From positions 86,354,129 to 86,418,128 of the forward strand of contig NC_068981.1 of assembly GCF_001194135.2 (NCBI RefSeq): DNA of 64,000 bases, read 5' to 3'. The DNA is from Octopus bimaculoides. Taxonomy: Eukaryota. Under the pieces are notes generated by a model. It saw only the letters and a program-made list of their open reading frames with translations. It ran no database searches and was not told where the DNA came from. Shown here in pieces: positions 12,050 to 25,253 of this stretch. A program made the translations under genes and the position numbers. The first letter of the stretch is position 1; each line of letters starts with the position of its first letter.

Positions 12050-12899
12050 GAAACATATTTGGAAACACAGACGGAGTTTCTTCCAAATCTTCTTCGGAGA
12101 ATGATAACATCATTGATACATTACAGTGATAAGCTACAGAGCAATCAGATAATGTATAGTCTTAAGTTGTGTGATAAAATTTTAACTCGTGCCCAACCAT
12201 CCATGACAGTCATTGAGACTGGGGATCAAGAAGAGGTTGTAAATAATGTATTTTCTGTGGACAACTACTCAAATGAAAGACAAAAATCAGAAAGTTCAGC
12301 AAGTTCAACTAGTGAGGATCTTACTATTGAAAGTACTGATTCAGGTGCCTTAAATGATTTTGAAACTCTTTCAAGTCCTCAGATTCTAAAATGCGAGACT
12401 GAATCCGTCAATCAGAATTCACAAATTGAGATGACTGAATGTACACCTATAAACCATGTAGCAAATCTGAGGGCAACATTCTACAGGATGACCAATTCTC
12501 CAATAAAATCTGCTGACAAAATAGTCAGTGCTCCATTGACTCTAATGCAAGCTTGTGTTCAGTGTTTCCAAGATTTTTTTCATACTTTTGTATCTCATAG
12601 AATATTCAATGAAGACACCTCTGTTAACAATCTCCTGGACTCGATCACTTTACCTCTGGATTCAATACGCTGTTCAGATAAAGATTCTGTGATTGGTAGC
12701 TCCTCTTCTGTATACAGCCAAGATGAAACTTTACGCAAGCAAAGTATGGAAAACAGATTACCTCAGAAGATATCCGTAAAATCAGATTCAGATTTTTGTG
12801 AGGCATTTACATGGGCATGTCGTCTACTTGTTGAATTTGCCAGTTTCCCTATTTATTGTACAGATTATCACAAAATATTAGAACAGTCTTTCCAACAAG
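12050..12899 (+). CDS. DOP1: DOP1 exon 5 (ETYLETQTEFLP...LEQSFQQ), phase 0/1
   Basis: ttttgcag|gaa acceptor, g|gtacat donor; ORF 12044..13204. Confidence 0.94.
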
Positions 12900-13267
12900 G
12901 TACATTTATTGACATTTTTACTTGGATTTTTTTATTTTTTCAGATTCTATTTCTACCCTCATTCTTGATCACTTTCTCTCTCNNNNNNNNNNCTCTTCTT
13001 TCTGGCAAGGTAACCATGTATTTCCTTTACAACAGCACACCTATTTTGCCCTCTTTCTTGTTAACTCTCTCTCCCCTCTCTCTCTCTCTCTTTCTCTCCC
13101 TCTCTATCTCTCCCTCTCTCTCTCTCCCTCTCTCTCTCTCTAGCTTGCACCTATGTACCTCCCCTACACCAAGATACACTCTAATTTTTCATCATCTGAC
13201 ATAAGATCACTTCCTCCAATGTCCCCTCCTATCTGAAAGATTCCTTGTCTTGCAAGTCATTTAGTGA

Positions 13268-13565
13268 CCCTGCCAGTGCTGGTGCCACATTAAAAGCATC
13301 TAGTCCACACTGTAACATGGTTGGCATTTGGAAGGATATCCAGCTGTAAAAACATGTCAAAACTGACTTTGCCTGTATTTATGCCACATAAAAAGCATTC
13401 AGCCTACTCTACAGGGTAGTTGGTGTTAGGAAGGGCATCCAGCTGTAAAAACCATGCCAAAACAGACACAGAAGTATAGTGCAGTCTTCTGCCTGGTCAG
13501 CTCCTGTCAAACCATTCAACCCATGCCAGCATATAAGAAGAATGTTAAACAATGATGATGATGAT
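13268..13565 (+). mobile_element. RTE 3' UTR-type element with an internal ~100 bp duplication
   Basis: ccacat.aaaagcat...ggaagg..atccagctgtaaaaac occurs twice; (GAT)n tail. Confidence 0.7.
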
Positions 13566-13624
13566 TCTTCTTCAAACTTGATGTAAAAGTAGACAAAATA
13601 CTGTTCTACCTTCACAATTGTTTC

Positions 13625-13920
13625 TAATTATAGATACAAAACCTGAAATTTTGGAGGGAGAGAGTTAGTCAATTAAACTATTTCTAGTAGTTGACTGACA
13701 TTTTATTTTATCAACCCAGTGCTCTAGTGATTCTGCCATTCCACTAGGCACAAAGCCAGAAATTTTGTGGGTAGGGTTTGTTGATTATATTGACCCAGTA
13801 CTTGGTTGTAACTTTATTTTGTTAACATGGGAAGAATGAAAGGCAAAGTTGGAACTCGAAATTTAAAGAGCCAGAACATATATCACAAAGCATTTTGTCT
13901 GGCACTTCAATGTACTACCC
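13625..13920 (-). mobile_element. Two partial SINE family C copies
   Basis: acctgaaattttgg... and ccagaaattttg...gaatgaaaggcaaagttg motifs. Confidence 0.65.
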
Positions 13921-14690
13921 TCTTGATGATAATAATAATAACTACCAGGACCTGTGAATATTTCACAGAATTAATAGTAAACCTATTGGGTTATACCTGA
14001 AAACTTTATCCAAGATCAAGTGAATGGCAAGTTTGAGATGCACATGCATTAAATGATAGGTGATATAAAACAGTTTTTCAATATGCACTCACCATTTCCA
14101 CCACCACCATCATCTCTCATTGCCTTTTTAATTTCACCATCAGAACATCACCCCTCTGCTAAAATTATATTCCTAACTCACCTCGATATCACTATGTTCA
14201 ACTAATTTTTTTAGCCACATAATAAATATTACGTTCCCCCTACCACATGTCATGGACACTTCTCTCTCCTTTTTCTTTCTCTCTCTTTCTACCTCACTCT
14301 TCACCTTGTCCTCTTTTTCTTTCTCTTGTTCTCTCTTTCTCTTCAACTAATCATGTGAAAGTGTTACAATTATGTTCCCCCCACCTCACGTCATGAGCAC
14401 TTCTCTCTCTCTCTCTCTCTCTTTTCTTTTCCTCTTTTTCTCTAATCATGTGAAAGTGTTGACGGGCTAAGTATCGTAATGACAAGCAATTATTATAAGA
14501 TAATAATAACAGTAGTAGTAGTAGTAGTAGTGGTGAGGATAATGTTTGCTTCCAAAAGCCTATTGCTATCATGGGTTGCCATTATTTGAAAAAAAACCAT
14601 CATCATTTTAATGTCTACTTTTCCATGCTTAATGCATCAAAAGGAATTTGTTGAGGCAAATCCAGGTGTAACATACTGGTATTTTTTACT

Positions 14691-14756
<66 letters not shown>

Positions 14757-15144
14757 GAGAGAGAGTGTACAAACACATGTAAATACATATGAAAGCTCCT
14801 GAAGTCAGTGTTGACATATGAGTTTTCACCTGCATATTTAAAACAATGTTTCTGGGAAATATGTTTTGTTTCATAGTGTCAGTGTTGGAACTACCACCCA
14901 CTGTGGTTACGATCAACAGGTGTACTATACTCAGTGTTGTATGAATTAATTTTTCATCTATGCTCTACACTCTGTTCTCTATAAATGAGAGTATTACAGA
15001 CACACACACATACATATAGGGATTTCAATCAATCTTTGCCTTAGTTTATTCTATTTCAGTTTGTAAACAAATTAATTCTATTCTACTTTATAAGTAATAA
15101 AGAAAAGGTGATTGATCTGGGTTACTATTTTGATAAGACTGTGG

Positions 15145-15177
<33 letters not shown>

Positions 15178-15179
<2 letters not shown>

Positions 15180-15462
15180 CATACGAGAAAAGCTGAACAT
15201 TAGAAGCATCAGTTGTGGCGTGCAAGAGAGACGATTGCGCTGGTATGGACATGTGGTGAGAATGGAGGAGGATAGCTGCGTGAAAAAGTGCCACACCCTA
15301 ACAGTTGAGNNNNNNNNNNAGGAAGGGCATCCAGCTGTAGAAACTCTGCCAAATCAGTCTGGAGCCTGGTGTTGCCATCCGGTTTCACCAGTCCTCAGTC
15401 AAATCGTCCAACCCATGCTAGCATGGAAAGCGGACGTTAAACGATGATGATGATGATGATGA
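15178..15462 (+). mobile_element. RTE-LINE fragment collapsed across a 10-N gap
   Basis: REKLNIRSISCGVQERRLRWYGHVVRMEEDSCVKKC, then 3' UTR and (GAT)n. Confidence 0.85.
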
Positions 15463-16344
15463 TACATACATACATACATACATACATACATACATACACA
15501 TACATGTGTGCATATGAACCTAATATATAATAAAACTGACAAGGTTTTTAATAAAACAATATCCATGCACACATACATACGCAATGTTTGCAAACTAGCC
15601 AATTTGATAAGATGCCAGGTTACCAGCTAAAGATTTCAATGTATTTATCTTTTGACTGGTTACTGCCCTGATTGTGGCTTAGACACTTAACACAGGACTG
15701 GCAAGTCAACCTAGCTGTAAATCTCCCTTCCTCCCCCCCCCTCTCTCATTCATGCCTTCCTGTCCCTCTCACAATTTAGCACATTAATGGGCTGGTCTCT
15801 CTGAAGTTATCTGGTAAGGCCTCTGAATAGCTATCTGTTAGTAAATACAGTTCAATGCATTTAGCCATTGTTGCACCAGAATACTGATATGCGCAGGGTT
15901 GAGTTCAATGTTTTCCTGTGAATTAGCTTAAGAATGTATTTGGCTCTGCCATGCTGATTATCCTCTATAGACACTACACGATGCTTTCAGTGATAGCCTT
16001 AAGATCTAATTAGAACCATGTGTGTGTTGTTATTGTATAGTTTTTATGAAGCAGACTTATAAACAAAATGTTCCAGCCATGATTAGCTCACTTTATTTTC
16101 AGATAGTGTCCTTTTCTTTTTAAGATAGCCAGGTGTAATTTAAGGGGAATTTGGCCACTGTTTCTAGCATGTTTATTGGACCACAGCGAGAGTTACTATT
16201 TAGTGACAGTAATGATTTGCTAAAAGAAGTACAGAACTTGAGTGGTAATTTATTTTATCAATTCCAAAAGATAAAAGGCTAAAGGCATTTTCTCCAATGC
16301 CCTAATCATTTTGCTTATCCACCACTCTAAATAATAATAATATG

Positions 16345-16635
16345 GAGCGGGGCTAGTCAATTACCTCTACTCTAGTGCTCAAATGGTACTTGTTATATCA
16401 ACCCTTAATGGATGAAAGACAAAGTTGACCTTGATGGGATTTGAACTTAGAATGTAAAGACCCAGAAAAATACTAAGTAATTTACTGATGCACTACTAAG
16501 TAATTTACTCATGCCCTAACAATTCTACCAGCTTGCCTCTTAGTAGTAGCAGTAGTACTTCTGAATTTAAGCACAAGGCTAACAATTTTGAGTGACAGGG
16601 TTAGTCAATTACATTAACCCCAGTACTTGACTGAT
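16345..16635 (-). mobile_element. Two partial SINE family C copies
   Basis: gatgaaagacaaagttgacc...; aggcacaagg...cagtacttgact motifs. Confidence 0.6.
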
Positions 16636-17704
16636 TAATAACAGCTGCTAGCAGCAGCTTTGAAAAACACACACACACACACACACACACTCCTTCCTTC
16701 CTTCCTTCCTTCCTTCCTCATATTACTGTGCTTTGCTTGTCCATATATATCAGATATGTCTGTTTGTTCCTTCTCTATATGAACTATCTGTTATACAGAA
16801 ATTTCATAACTTTGAAATCAAAAGCTGTAGTATATTTTTCACTTTATAGTATTTAAAAAATTGTGTAATTTACATATATTGTTATGCTGCACATGGCCTC
16901 CCGAAACCATGTACAACACAGCAGTCTATGTCCGATAGCTCAGAAGACCTCATAGGCAAGCTCAACAAACCAACTTGCTTAGAGTGGAAGATTCAGTAGT
17001 CAAAGAAGTTAGGAGAGTTAAAAATAACAAACAGAACCATTGAGTATAACTAGTATACAAGAACTTTAATTAAGAGACCAATAACATTTATGGAATAAAT
17101 AAGCAGTTCTTTAAAGAGTTCTTTCATTTACCTCTGAAATGTGTAGACTTCTTTTGGTGAGCTCTTCTTTCGTTCACCAATCTAATGATTTATTTTTTAT
17201 CTTGTTTTTCTATCTCTTTTTTTTTTTCTGAATGAACTCTTGTTACTTCTGAATTTACTGTACCATTCTGCCTTCCTTACGTTGCCAAGTTCACTATTTT
17301 CGCAGCCAGTTCAAAACCTTCCACTGTTCATATTAACCACCAAAACCAACTTCATACTCAACACCTAATACTGTGTCAACTGTTCCACATGAATTTTGCC
17401 CAGCACCATTTCACACATCAATCGTGTGGCACCGGCTACTACATAAAGACCTACTCACATCAGCTTTCATCCTGTTGCACATCATCTTCTAGCATGAAGT
17501 AACTCACCATGTGGGCAATAATAGTCTTTATACTACACCCACACTGTAAATGTGCACCAAAATCATACCACCTACACCTTAAACAGTCACATGACCCCAA
17601 AGAGTTTTTTTTCTGTCTTCACTTGCTAAACCAGAGAGCAGTGTTCTAATTCATGTTGTGCAAATGAGAAATTATCTGAATATATTTTTTTAATTCATAA
17701 CAAT

Positions 17705-17742
<38 letters not shown>

Positions 17743-18757
17743 CCATCATTCCTGTGACTACTTTCCAAAATGCATGCATTGAATACTTTGATAGACTCAA
17801 TGCAATGGGTTGAAGGACCATGTCATGCTCCAGTTTCTCAGTTTTGATATGATTTCTATGACGATGTCTTTCCTAATGCCAGGGTATAGTGAGTGCTTCC
17901 CTCCACTCTTAGTACTGACACCAGTGAGGTCACCTCATAACTCACAAGACTAAAGCACCTTCTTGACTGAAAGGGAAGATAGGGGATAAGGGCATTGCTT
18001 TATGCAAAGCATTGAAAGATTAAAATATGATAGGTTGAGTAAGGACAAGAAGAGATTCATAACAATCTTGCATGTTACAGAGGCAAATGTGGGAGTAGCT
18101 GGAGTGGTACCTGAGAAAAAGGGTAAATATAGCAGTAATTAGATGTCAGAATGTATTCTTAAAGCAATATGTCCAAGAAAGTGAATAGAAGAGAGTATAG
18201 ATACAGAAAAATCAGGCAGTGTGATAGAGTTTCAAGAGTGTAGGAGGAGTGTAAGAGATGGAGGTAGCCAGATGTATATAGGGGATGAATGTAGTGGAAG
18301 GTGAACAAAGGGGTAGGGTAAATATGAGTTGAGATTATAATCATAAGAATGAGGGTTGGATGCTAATTGAGAGTAGCTCTCAAAAGCTGGCAGTTCAGAA
18401 ATGCTAATATAATATAAGGTAACATTACTGACAGCCACAGAATAATACAGTAGATAGGAGATTGATGGAGGTATGAATGATAGGGAGCTAAGGATTTCAT
18501 TTGAGTGTAGAGAGGGTGAGAGATGGATATAAATATAGGTGAGCAGGCTCATAGTAAGAATGAGGGATGGCTGTCAATAGAAATTAGCTCAGGAGATTGA
18601 CCCAGATGTAGCGGGAGAGTCTAAAGATATACCTCAAGTAACAGTAAACATTTTTCAGCTTATTATCAACAGGACAAAATTCAGCTATGTGTTGTAAACT
18701 CTTTTTTTTTTTCCTTTTCCTATTTGTGCATTTTTTTTTGTACAAGAACATGACGTA

Positions 18758-18795
<38 letters not shown>

Positions 18796-19084
18796 TTGCG
18801 TATTTGATGGCATATAAGATGCATTTTTTTTTTTTTTTTAATGTCAAAGGGAAAAAAATCACTCTGGGTTCTATACACGAAGTTGGGTCTATAATGCATG
18901 CTTTAATACACTAAAACTTTTTCCCGGAATATGTGCTGCTGAAACTAGGGTTCCTCTAATATATCCAGGTATCTTTTATGCCATCAGATGTGGTAATATT
19001 ATAAATAATTAACTGTTTCTTTTAATTTTTTTATTTATTAATTTTTCTATTTATCTTTTTTTATATATTTGTTGTTATTTACAG

Positions 19085-19359
19085 AAGAGGACTCTGCACT
19101 ACCTCCGTGGCTGCAAGATTTGATTCTCTGTAGTTGCTTTGTTGACAATTTCCATATTCAAGTGGCAGCAATTTCTACGATGCTGGATTTGGTTAGTCTG
19201 ACTCAGTCAGTAGAATGTGAGTCTCGTAGCAAAGATGATGGAGGCAGTGAACGGAAGCCATCATCTGGCAATGATGGTGGAACCATATCAGTAGTTATTT
19301 TGCCAGCACTGCTGCCCAGGCATCTCAAATATCTTAATAACAATACTCTTTTCTATCAG
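19085..19359 (+). CDS. DOP1: DOP1 exon 6 (EDSALPPWLQDL...NNTLFYQ), phase 1/0
   Basis: tttacag|aa acceptor, cag|gtttgt donor; PPWLQ and AISTMLDLVSLTQSV motifs. Confidence 0.93.
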
Positions 19360-20929
19360 GTTTGTTTGGTTTTTGACTTTGAATATTTTAAAATGTTTTT
19401 AAGTAATAGTGGTTTTCATTTTTCAGCATCTTAAATAGTCTATAGATTATATTGGGTTGAACATTACTTCAAATTTAGATATTTGCACCTGTTATATAAA
19501 ATGGTATGTTTCTGTGCTTTTGTAAAAATCATGTGATGAATCTATTAGTTAGGATGGAGCTAGACAAAAGGAATTACTTATGGATTAGCTGTGTTTTCAG
19601 TGGGTGTAGTGTGCAGACAGAATGATGGGACTCAGGGAGTGTGTGTTTGTATGTTATTGCAGTGAGTTTTTATTTTGTTATCGATTTATTGTATTTGTTG
19701 CTGTATTGTGTTGTATGTTGAGAGAATTCAGTGTGGTATGTATGGTTGTGTGTGTGCATGTATAAATGTGTGCTTAACTGTGTTTTGGTGACTATAATGA
19801 GAAGTTGTTTGTGATATGGGGAGTGTGTATATGTTTATGTCATTGTTGTGTTATTGTGACTGTTGCTATGTTGTGTATGTTATATAGGACATATGATTGT
19901 ATGTATTTGTCTAATGTGTGTAGGTGTCACGTAAGTGTATATGATTGTGTTTATGAAGTTATTAAGGAAATTATATGGAAGGTGGGTATGTGTATTCATG
20001 GGAAAGGTGATGCTTTTGTTACATGTGGGTTTGGATGTGTCTAAATGTGTGTGCTTGAGGAGTGATGTGTATGCTAAAGAGGTTTTAGTAGTGATTGAGT
20101 CCATAAAGAATGAAGATAAGTTCTCCTTCATGTTGGAGGTAAAAGTTTGGAAAACGTCTGTGTAGGGCTAGGTTGAACATTGAGACATGCTAAGTTTAGT
20201 GTTTAGCAGGACAGTAATGGCATGCAAAAAGAGAATCAATACCATAATGTGGTTTTCTGTATTGTGAAACTTATTTTCTTATTGACTTCCATGTTGCAAA
20301 TTGAAATGTATTCCTATAGAATTTTTCTAAAAAGAAAAAAAATTGTACAGTCACTTTTATGCATGAAAGTATTTTTAACAACACACAGTACAATATGCAT
20401 AACCATTTGAAGAGAAATACATTAGGAAATAAATGAGAATAAACATTCAGCTTCCATTTTAGTGATCATTGTATTTCTTGACCTGTTACATACAGTCTGA
20501 TTGTCAATCCACGTAGTAGAGAAGTTCCATATTTAGCATCAGATCAAATTCATGAAGAAGCAATGTCCAGGCAAGTAATGAAATAACCATTACAAATCAT
20601 TATCCTTTTTTTGCCTATTGCCTTCACTTACATCTGATGGCTTCTTTCAGTCATCTTAAATAAGTGTAATGTTCTATATTGCATATCTGTTAAAATTAAA
20701 ATGTACAGAATCACACAGTGGTGACAGACAAATCCATTCCAGATATATATTACTCCTAGTATATATCAGGAACTCACCTGTCATAGATGACAAATGAAGG
20801 TTCCACCATTTCTAGATGAATGATCTGCACAAATTATTTGTTTATATTGATCAAATGTATGTGCTGTACATTAACTCATTCCCTCCATCAACTTGACATT
20901 GTCTGAATAGGTGCAAAATGTGTCACATG

Positions 20930-21066
20930 TCAGGTATCAAAGTGGATGCAGTGCAACATGAAGTGAAGTGTTTTGCTGAAGAACACAAACATCTGCCCAG
21001 TTGGGGAATTGAAGTCACAATCTCATGATCATGAATGCAACACCCTAACCACTAGGCCACTGCCCT
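20930..21066 (-). mobile_element. CORE-like SINE fragment
   Basis: Homologous to 3490-3603. Confidence 0.6.
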
Positions 21067-21098
21067 CATATAGTTTACAAATATGCTTTGTGTGTGTG

Positions 21099-21140
<42 letters not shown>

Positions 21141-21258
21141 TTATTTGTGATTTTTAGATTTTAAAATTTATCCAAGCTTTCTGTTTACCTTATAAATAGC
21201 AACATATGTGTGTGCATGCATTTATATATTGAATCATATATCTTTATGCTTATTGTAG

Positions 21259-21411
21259 ATGGTTGCACAAAATTTATGGAATCATCTTGATGCATCTACT
21301 TCTAATAATCATCAAAGGAGTGTGGAATTGTTCCAGCAACTGCACCAAGTAACACCAAACAGTTGGGTCTGTGAAGATGTGATTGGCAGTGCTCTTGTTG
21401 GAGATGAACCA
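21259..21411 (+). CDS. DOP1: DOP1 exon 7 (MVAQNLWNHL...CEDVIGSALVGDEP), phase 0/0
   Basis: ttgtag|atg acceptor, cca|gtaagt donor; HQRSVELFQQLH motif. Confidence 0.94.
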
Positions 21412-21829
21412 GTAAGTTCTCACATTTCCTGCCTTGTGTTAGAGCAGGGATAAACAACTACTTTTTATCATGGCCCATTTTTTAGCATTGATTGTTTTTT
21501 TGGGGGGGTTTTGATGGGGGGGGGGTATTCATGACCAACATGTATATCTTGTCTTACATATGAAAATATCTTTCATTTATACCCATCCATATTTCCATTA
21601 CTGCCAATGTTTATGTAAGCAAACATGAAACCAATCTGACACAAAAGACTATCTAAAAGTCATCAACTGCTCAATGGATTGCAAATTCAATAAAATTGAG
21701 AGAAAAAAACTTGTAAAAAAAGGCCCACATAGAAGAGCTCAGTGGCTTATTTTGACCCCTTCTTCAGAGATTGTTACACTTTGTTAGGATTTCAAAGAAA
21801 ATTATTTGCAGTGATTCTTTTTTTTCTTG

Positions 21830-21975
21830 CTCTTTATATTTTGAGTTCAAATTCCACCAAAATCAACTTCACTTTTTATTCCCCTGGATTTGATTAAAGT
21901 ACCAGTCAAGTACTGGAGTTGAGTTAACCGACCACACCACTATACCAAAACATTCTGGTCTTTGTACCTATGTTA
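21830..21975 (+). mobile_element. SINE family C fragment
   Basis: gagttcaaattcc...gattaaagtaccagtcaagtactggag...tgtacctatgttagaa. Confidence 0.6.
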
Positions 21976-23133
21976 GAAACTTTTGATACTGTTTTTAACC
22001 ATATTAAAGGTTGAAATAGTGATCATTTGTTTGTTAACATATTTGTTTCTTAAAAATTATTATTAATCATAAAAATAAATGACATTTGAATGTTAGAACA
22101 ATAGACATAGCAACACTTTACAGTAATTATATTCCTGTATATTCTGAATTCAAATTTCACCAGGGTAACATTGCCTTTATTCTTATGACAGTCAGTGCAA
22201 TCAACTGTCACCTTTTTTGTGTGTTTGCATTTTCTTTTTCCCCAAAATGTGTGGCATTATGCCTAAGTTGGAGATCATCATTATCATTTTTATTATAAAA
22301 GATTGTGAATGCCAGATTTGGTTGAAAACCAAACATGCCAGACTGCAATGCTGCTGTTCTGCACTATCAGACACCCGCTACTTTTCCACCCACCTCCTCT
22401 GCTCCACTCATTCCTACACACCTCAAGCTTTGAAGGTCCACTCTGGCACCTTATCTCCACACTTTTTTTCACTTTTCACCTCCACCCTATCATTTCCACC
22501 TTCTCTTCTAAATGTGAGTCATGGAGCATCTCAACAGAAAAAAACCTGTTCTGCTCTGACCCTTTTCTCTCGTACTTTACTCCTTTCTAATTGTCATCTC
22601 CTGGCATAATCTTGTCCTCCTTGGGGTTTGTAGTCTTGCAAGCAGCATAGCAACCTCACTAGTGTTGGTGGTATGAAAAAGGCACCTAGTGTATGCTGTA
22701 AAGTGGTTGACTTTAGGAAGGGTAACTTTACCAGTGAAGACAATGGCTTACAATGCAGCCCTTGGACCCATCAGATCCTGTCAGACTATCCCATGGAAGA
22801 CAAATGTTAAATGACAGTAACATCTTGTGAGGAATTAATTACATTCTTAGATGAAATTCCACCATGGTCATTTTTACCATTCATTATCCTTGAGTGCCAA
22901 TCAAACATTTAATCAAATATATCTCTCCCCCTATTCCCCAAATTTGTGCCATTCTATCACTCTTATTACTAGCAGCAATAATACATCATTACTTGTAGTA
23001 AATTAAACAAAAATACTTCATTAAGTTTCTTTGTTCTTCTAAGTATGTTTTCTTGTTTAATCTTAATTATCCAATGAAACTATTGAGTATTTATGAATAA
23101 TGTATAATTTTTCTATCAATTTTTGTTTTTTAG

Positions 23134-23237
23134 AATAAACGCATTGAAGCTTTCCGAAAATTTACTGTTCTCTGGCATTTAATCCGTGATAAGAAAACTA
23201 GTCGTGCCCCTGGAATGCCTCTCAGAACATTTGATCG
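23134..23237 (+). CDS. DOP1: DOP1 exon 8 (NKRIEAFRKFTVLWHLIRD...RTFDR), phase 0/2
   Basis: T-rich tag|aat acceptor, cg|gtaaat donor; FxVLWHLxRD motif; too short for the ORF track. Confidence 0.92.
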
Positions 23238-23346
23238 GTAAATATCGACTTCAGATTTACTGTTTAAATACTAATAAAGCACTTGCTATTCTCATACATT
23301 TCTTATTCCTTATAGCAAATAAATAAGTGTATTTGCATATTTTCAG

Positions 23347-23499
23347 GTCAATGTTTGCAGTATTAGATAGTCTCCGGGAAGATACAAGTTCTGCGAAAAC
23401 ACTAGCTAGTACTTGGTTAATGCACACTATACAGCGTGGTGGCATTTACAGAATTTTAGAACCTACCCTTCTTATTCTCTTGCATCCAGATACTGCCAG
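23347..23499 (+). CDS. DOP1: DOP1 exon 9 (SMFAVLDSL...ILEPTLLILLHPDTAR), phase 2/2
   Basis: tttcag|g acceptor, ag|gtttgt donor; 109 bp upstream intron. Confidence 0.93.
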
Positions 23500-23945
23500 G
23501 TTTGTTATATTTCTATATAAGCATTTGCTACATTTTATATTTTACCTCACTGATCTCTCAATGTTAACCTTCTATTAGATGATTAGACAGACTGACATAC
23601 ATACATGTCAATATGTACGTCAGATTCCAGCCAAAAGAAATTAATACTAAATTTGTAGAGAGACATGTCAAGGTGTGAAATCCAACCTAAATTACTACTT
23701 CAAGTTTCATATTGAGTGTAGTGTTTGTGTGTGTCCGGTACAACATCTATGAGGCCAAGGTACAAGAATATTGGCAACATAAGATCAAAGCATAATTCTG
23801 CTAACTTCCATGGTTGAGAAATTAGGGATCAGAAAGATATCTAATCAAAAAAGGGGGTTTGGTCTCAACAATATGCAAATATTCTGATTTTATAAATGTT
23901 TTCTAAAATACACTTCAATGAAAAATGAATGTTAAATTAAACTAT

Positions 23946-24117
23946 AGGTGCAGGAGTGGCTGTGTGGTAAGTAGCTTGCTTACAAACCACATGGTTCTGG
24001 GTTCAGTCCCACTGCGTGGCACTTTGGGCAAGTGTCTTCTACTATAGCCTCGGGCTGACCAAAGCCTTGTGAGTGGATTTGGTAGACGGAAACTGAAAGA
24101 AGCCCGTCGTATATATG

Positions 24118-24150
<33 letters not shown>

Positions 24151-24343
24151 CTGTGTTTGTCCCCCCAAGCATTGCTTGACAACCGATGCTGGTGTGTTTA
24201 GGTCCCCGTAACTTAGCGGTTCGGCAAAAAGAGACCGATAGAATAAGTACTAGGCTTACAAAGAATAAGTCCTGGGGTCGATTTCCTCGACTAAAGGCGG
24301 TGCTCCAGCATGGCCGCAGTCAAATGACTGAAACAAGTAAAAA
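23946..24343 (+). mobile_element. Full-length SINE family A1 (tRNA head - central (TA)/(TG) microsatellite - 3' module)
   Basis: A box gtggctgtgtggt, B-box-like gggttcagtcc; 3' module ...ccagcatggccgcagtcaaatgactgaaac shared with 51243-51440. Confidence 0.9.
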
Positions 24344-24767
24344 AGCTATCAAAGATTATTCACTCCAACTCGTAACATTATATATTTTCTTTCTCTGGTT
24401 TAAGGAAGGATGACTGAAGCTTTGGTCTATGATGTGCATCTATACTGAAGTAGCAGATGGATTTGTTGACATAAAAGGTTTACTTATAATGTCGAAGACT
24501 ATTAGTTACAGACACACATAGAAACATGTATCACACTTATTCACATGAAGGCCACACTCTGTGAAGCTTGAAGTGATAAATTAGGCTGGATTTCACAACA
24601 TGACATATCCCTCTTCTTAATTTTACTTAATCTCTTCATTGTACCAGAATCTGATATATGTGTTTGTAACTGTATGTCTGTCTATATATTTGTTTTAATC
24701 AATAATTAGTGTTTTAAGTAAAGATTTTGTCAAAATTTTTTAACATTTGTGATACTCTGATTATATC

Positions 24768-25183
24768 GTTAAAGAAGTGATTTTAAATTCTCAATCGCAG
24801 AATAATGCTAATAATATAGCCTGAACAGGATAAACTACCCCTAATTTGCAGAGAAAAGTGTAGGTGGCTAGCTGTGGACACGACCTCACATCCCCGTGAT
24901 TACATGTCATGATGCTTTGACCGATTAAGCTAAACTACCCACTACAAATTCCTCTGCAAATTAAGATATATAGATCTCGCTTTATGAGACGCTCTCATAT
25001 GTTAAATTCAAATTACGACAAACGTAAATAAACAAACGAAGTTTGCTTTTAGAAGCGTTGAGATGTCTTTTAGAAAGTTAAAGAAGTGATTTTAAATTCT
25101 CAATCGCAGAATAATGCTAATAATATAGCCTGAACAGGATAAACTACCCCTATTTTGCAGAGAAAAGTGTAGGTGGCTAGCTG
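24768..25183 (-). repeat. About 1.3 tandem copies of a 309 bp tRNA-containing unit with target-site duplication
   Basis: 24768-24874 recurs at 25077-25183 (period 309); flanks ctgattatatc at 24757-24767 and 25181-25191. Confidence 0.9.
24866..24939 (-). pseudogene. Degenerate tRNA-Thr(TGT)-like copy in the same repeat unit
   Basis: Reverse complement of 54610-54683 with B box changed to GGTCGTGT and a mismatch in the anticodon stem. Confidence 0.6.
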
Positions 25184-25253
25184 ATTATATCATTTTAATG
25201 TTCTGCATCAGTTTGAAGTCATTATTTATTTGTATTTTAATTGCTCTTTCCAG

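Noticed and set aside
17990-20160. Purine-rich (18000-18570) and GT-rich (19600-20150) stretches with 60-100 aa ORFs; also 27790-28260
   Set aside because: Low-complexity, strand-biased sequence with no recognisable protein motif; probably decayed simple repeats.
24768-25183. Direct repeats as a CRISPR array or prokaryotic contamination
   Set aside because: Only two long repeats, no spacer series, no cas genes; the block lies inside a spliced eukaryotic gene with a TSD.
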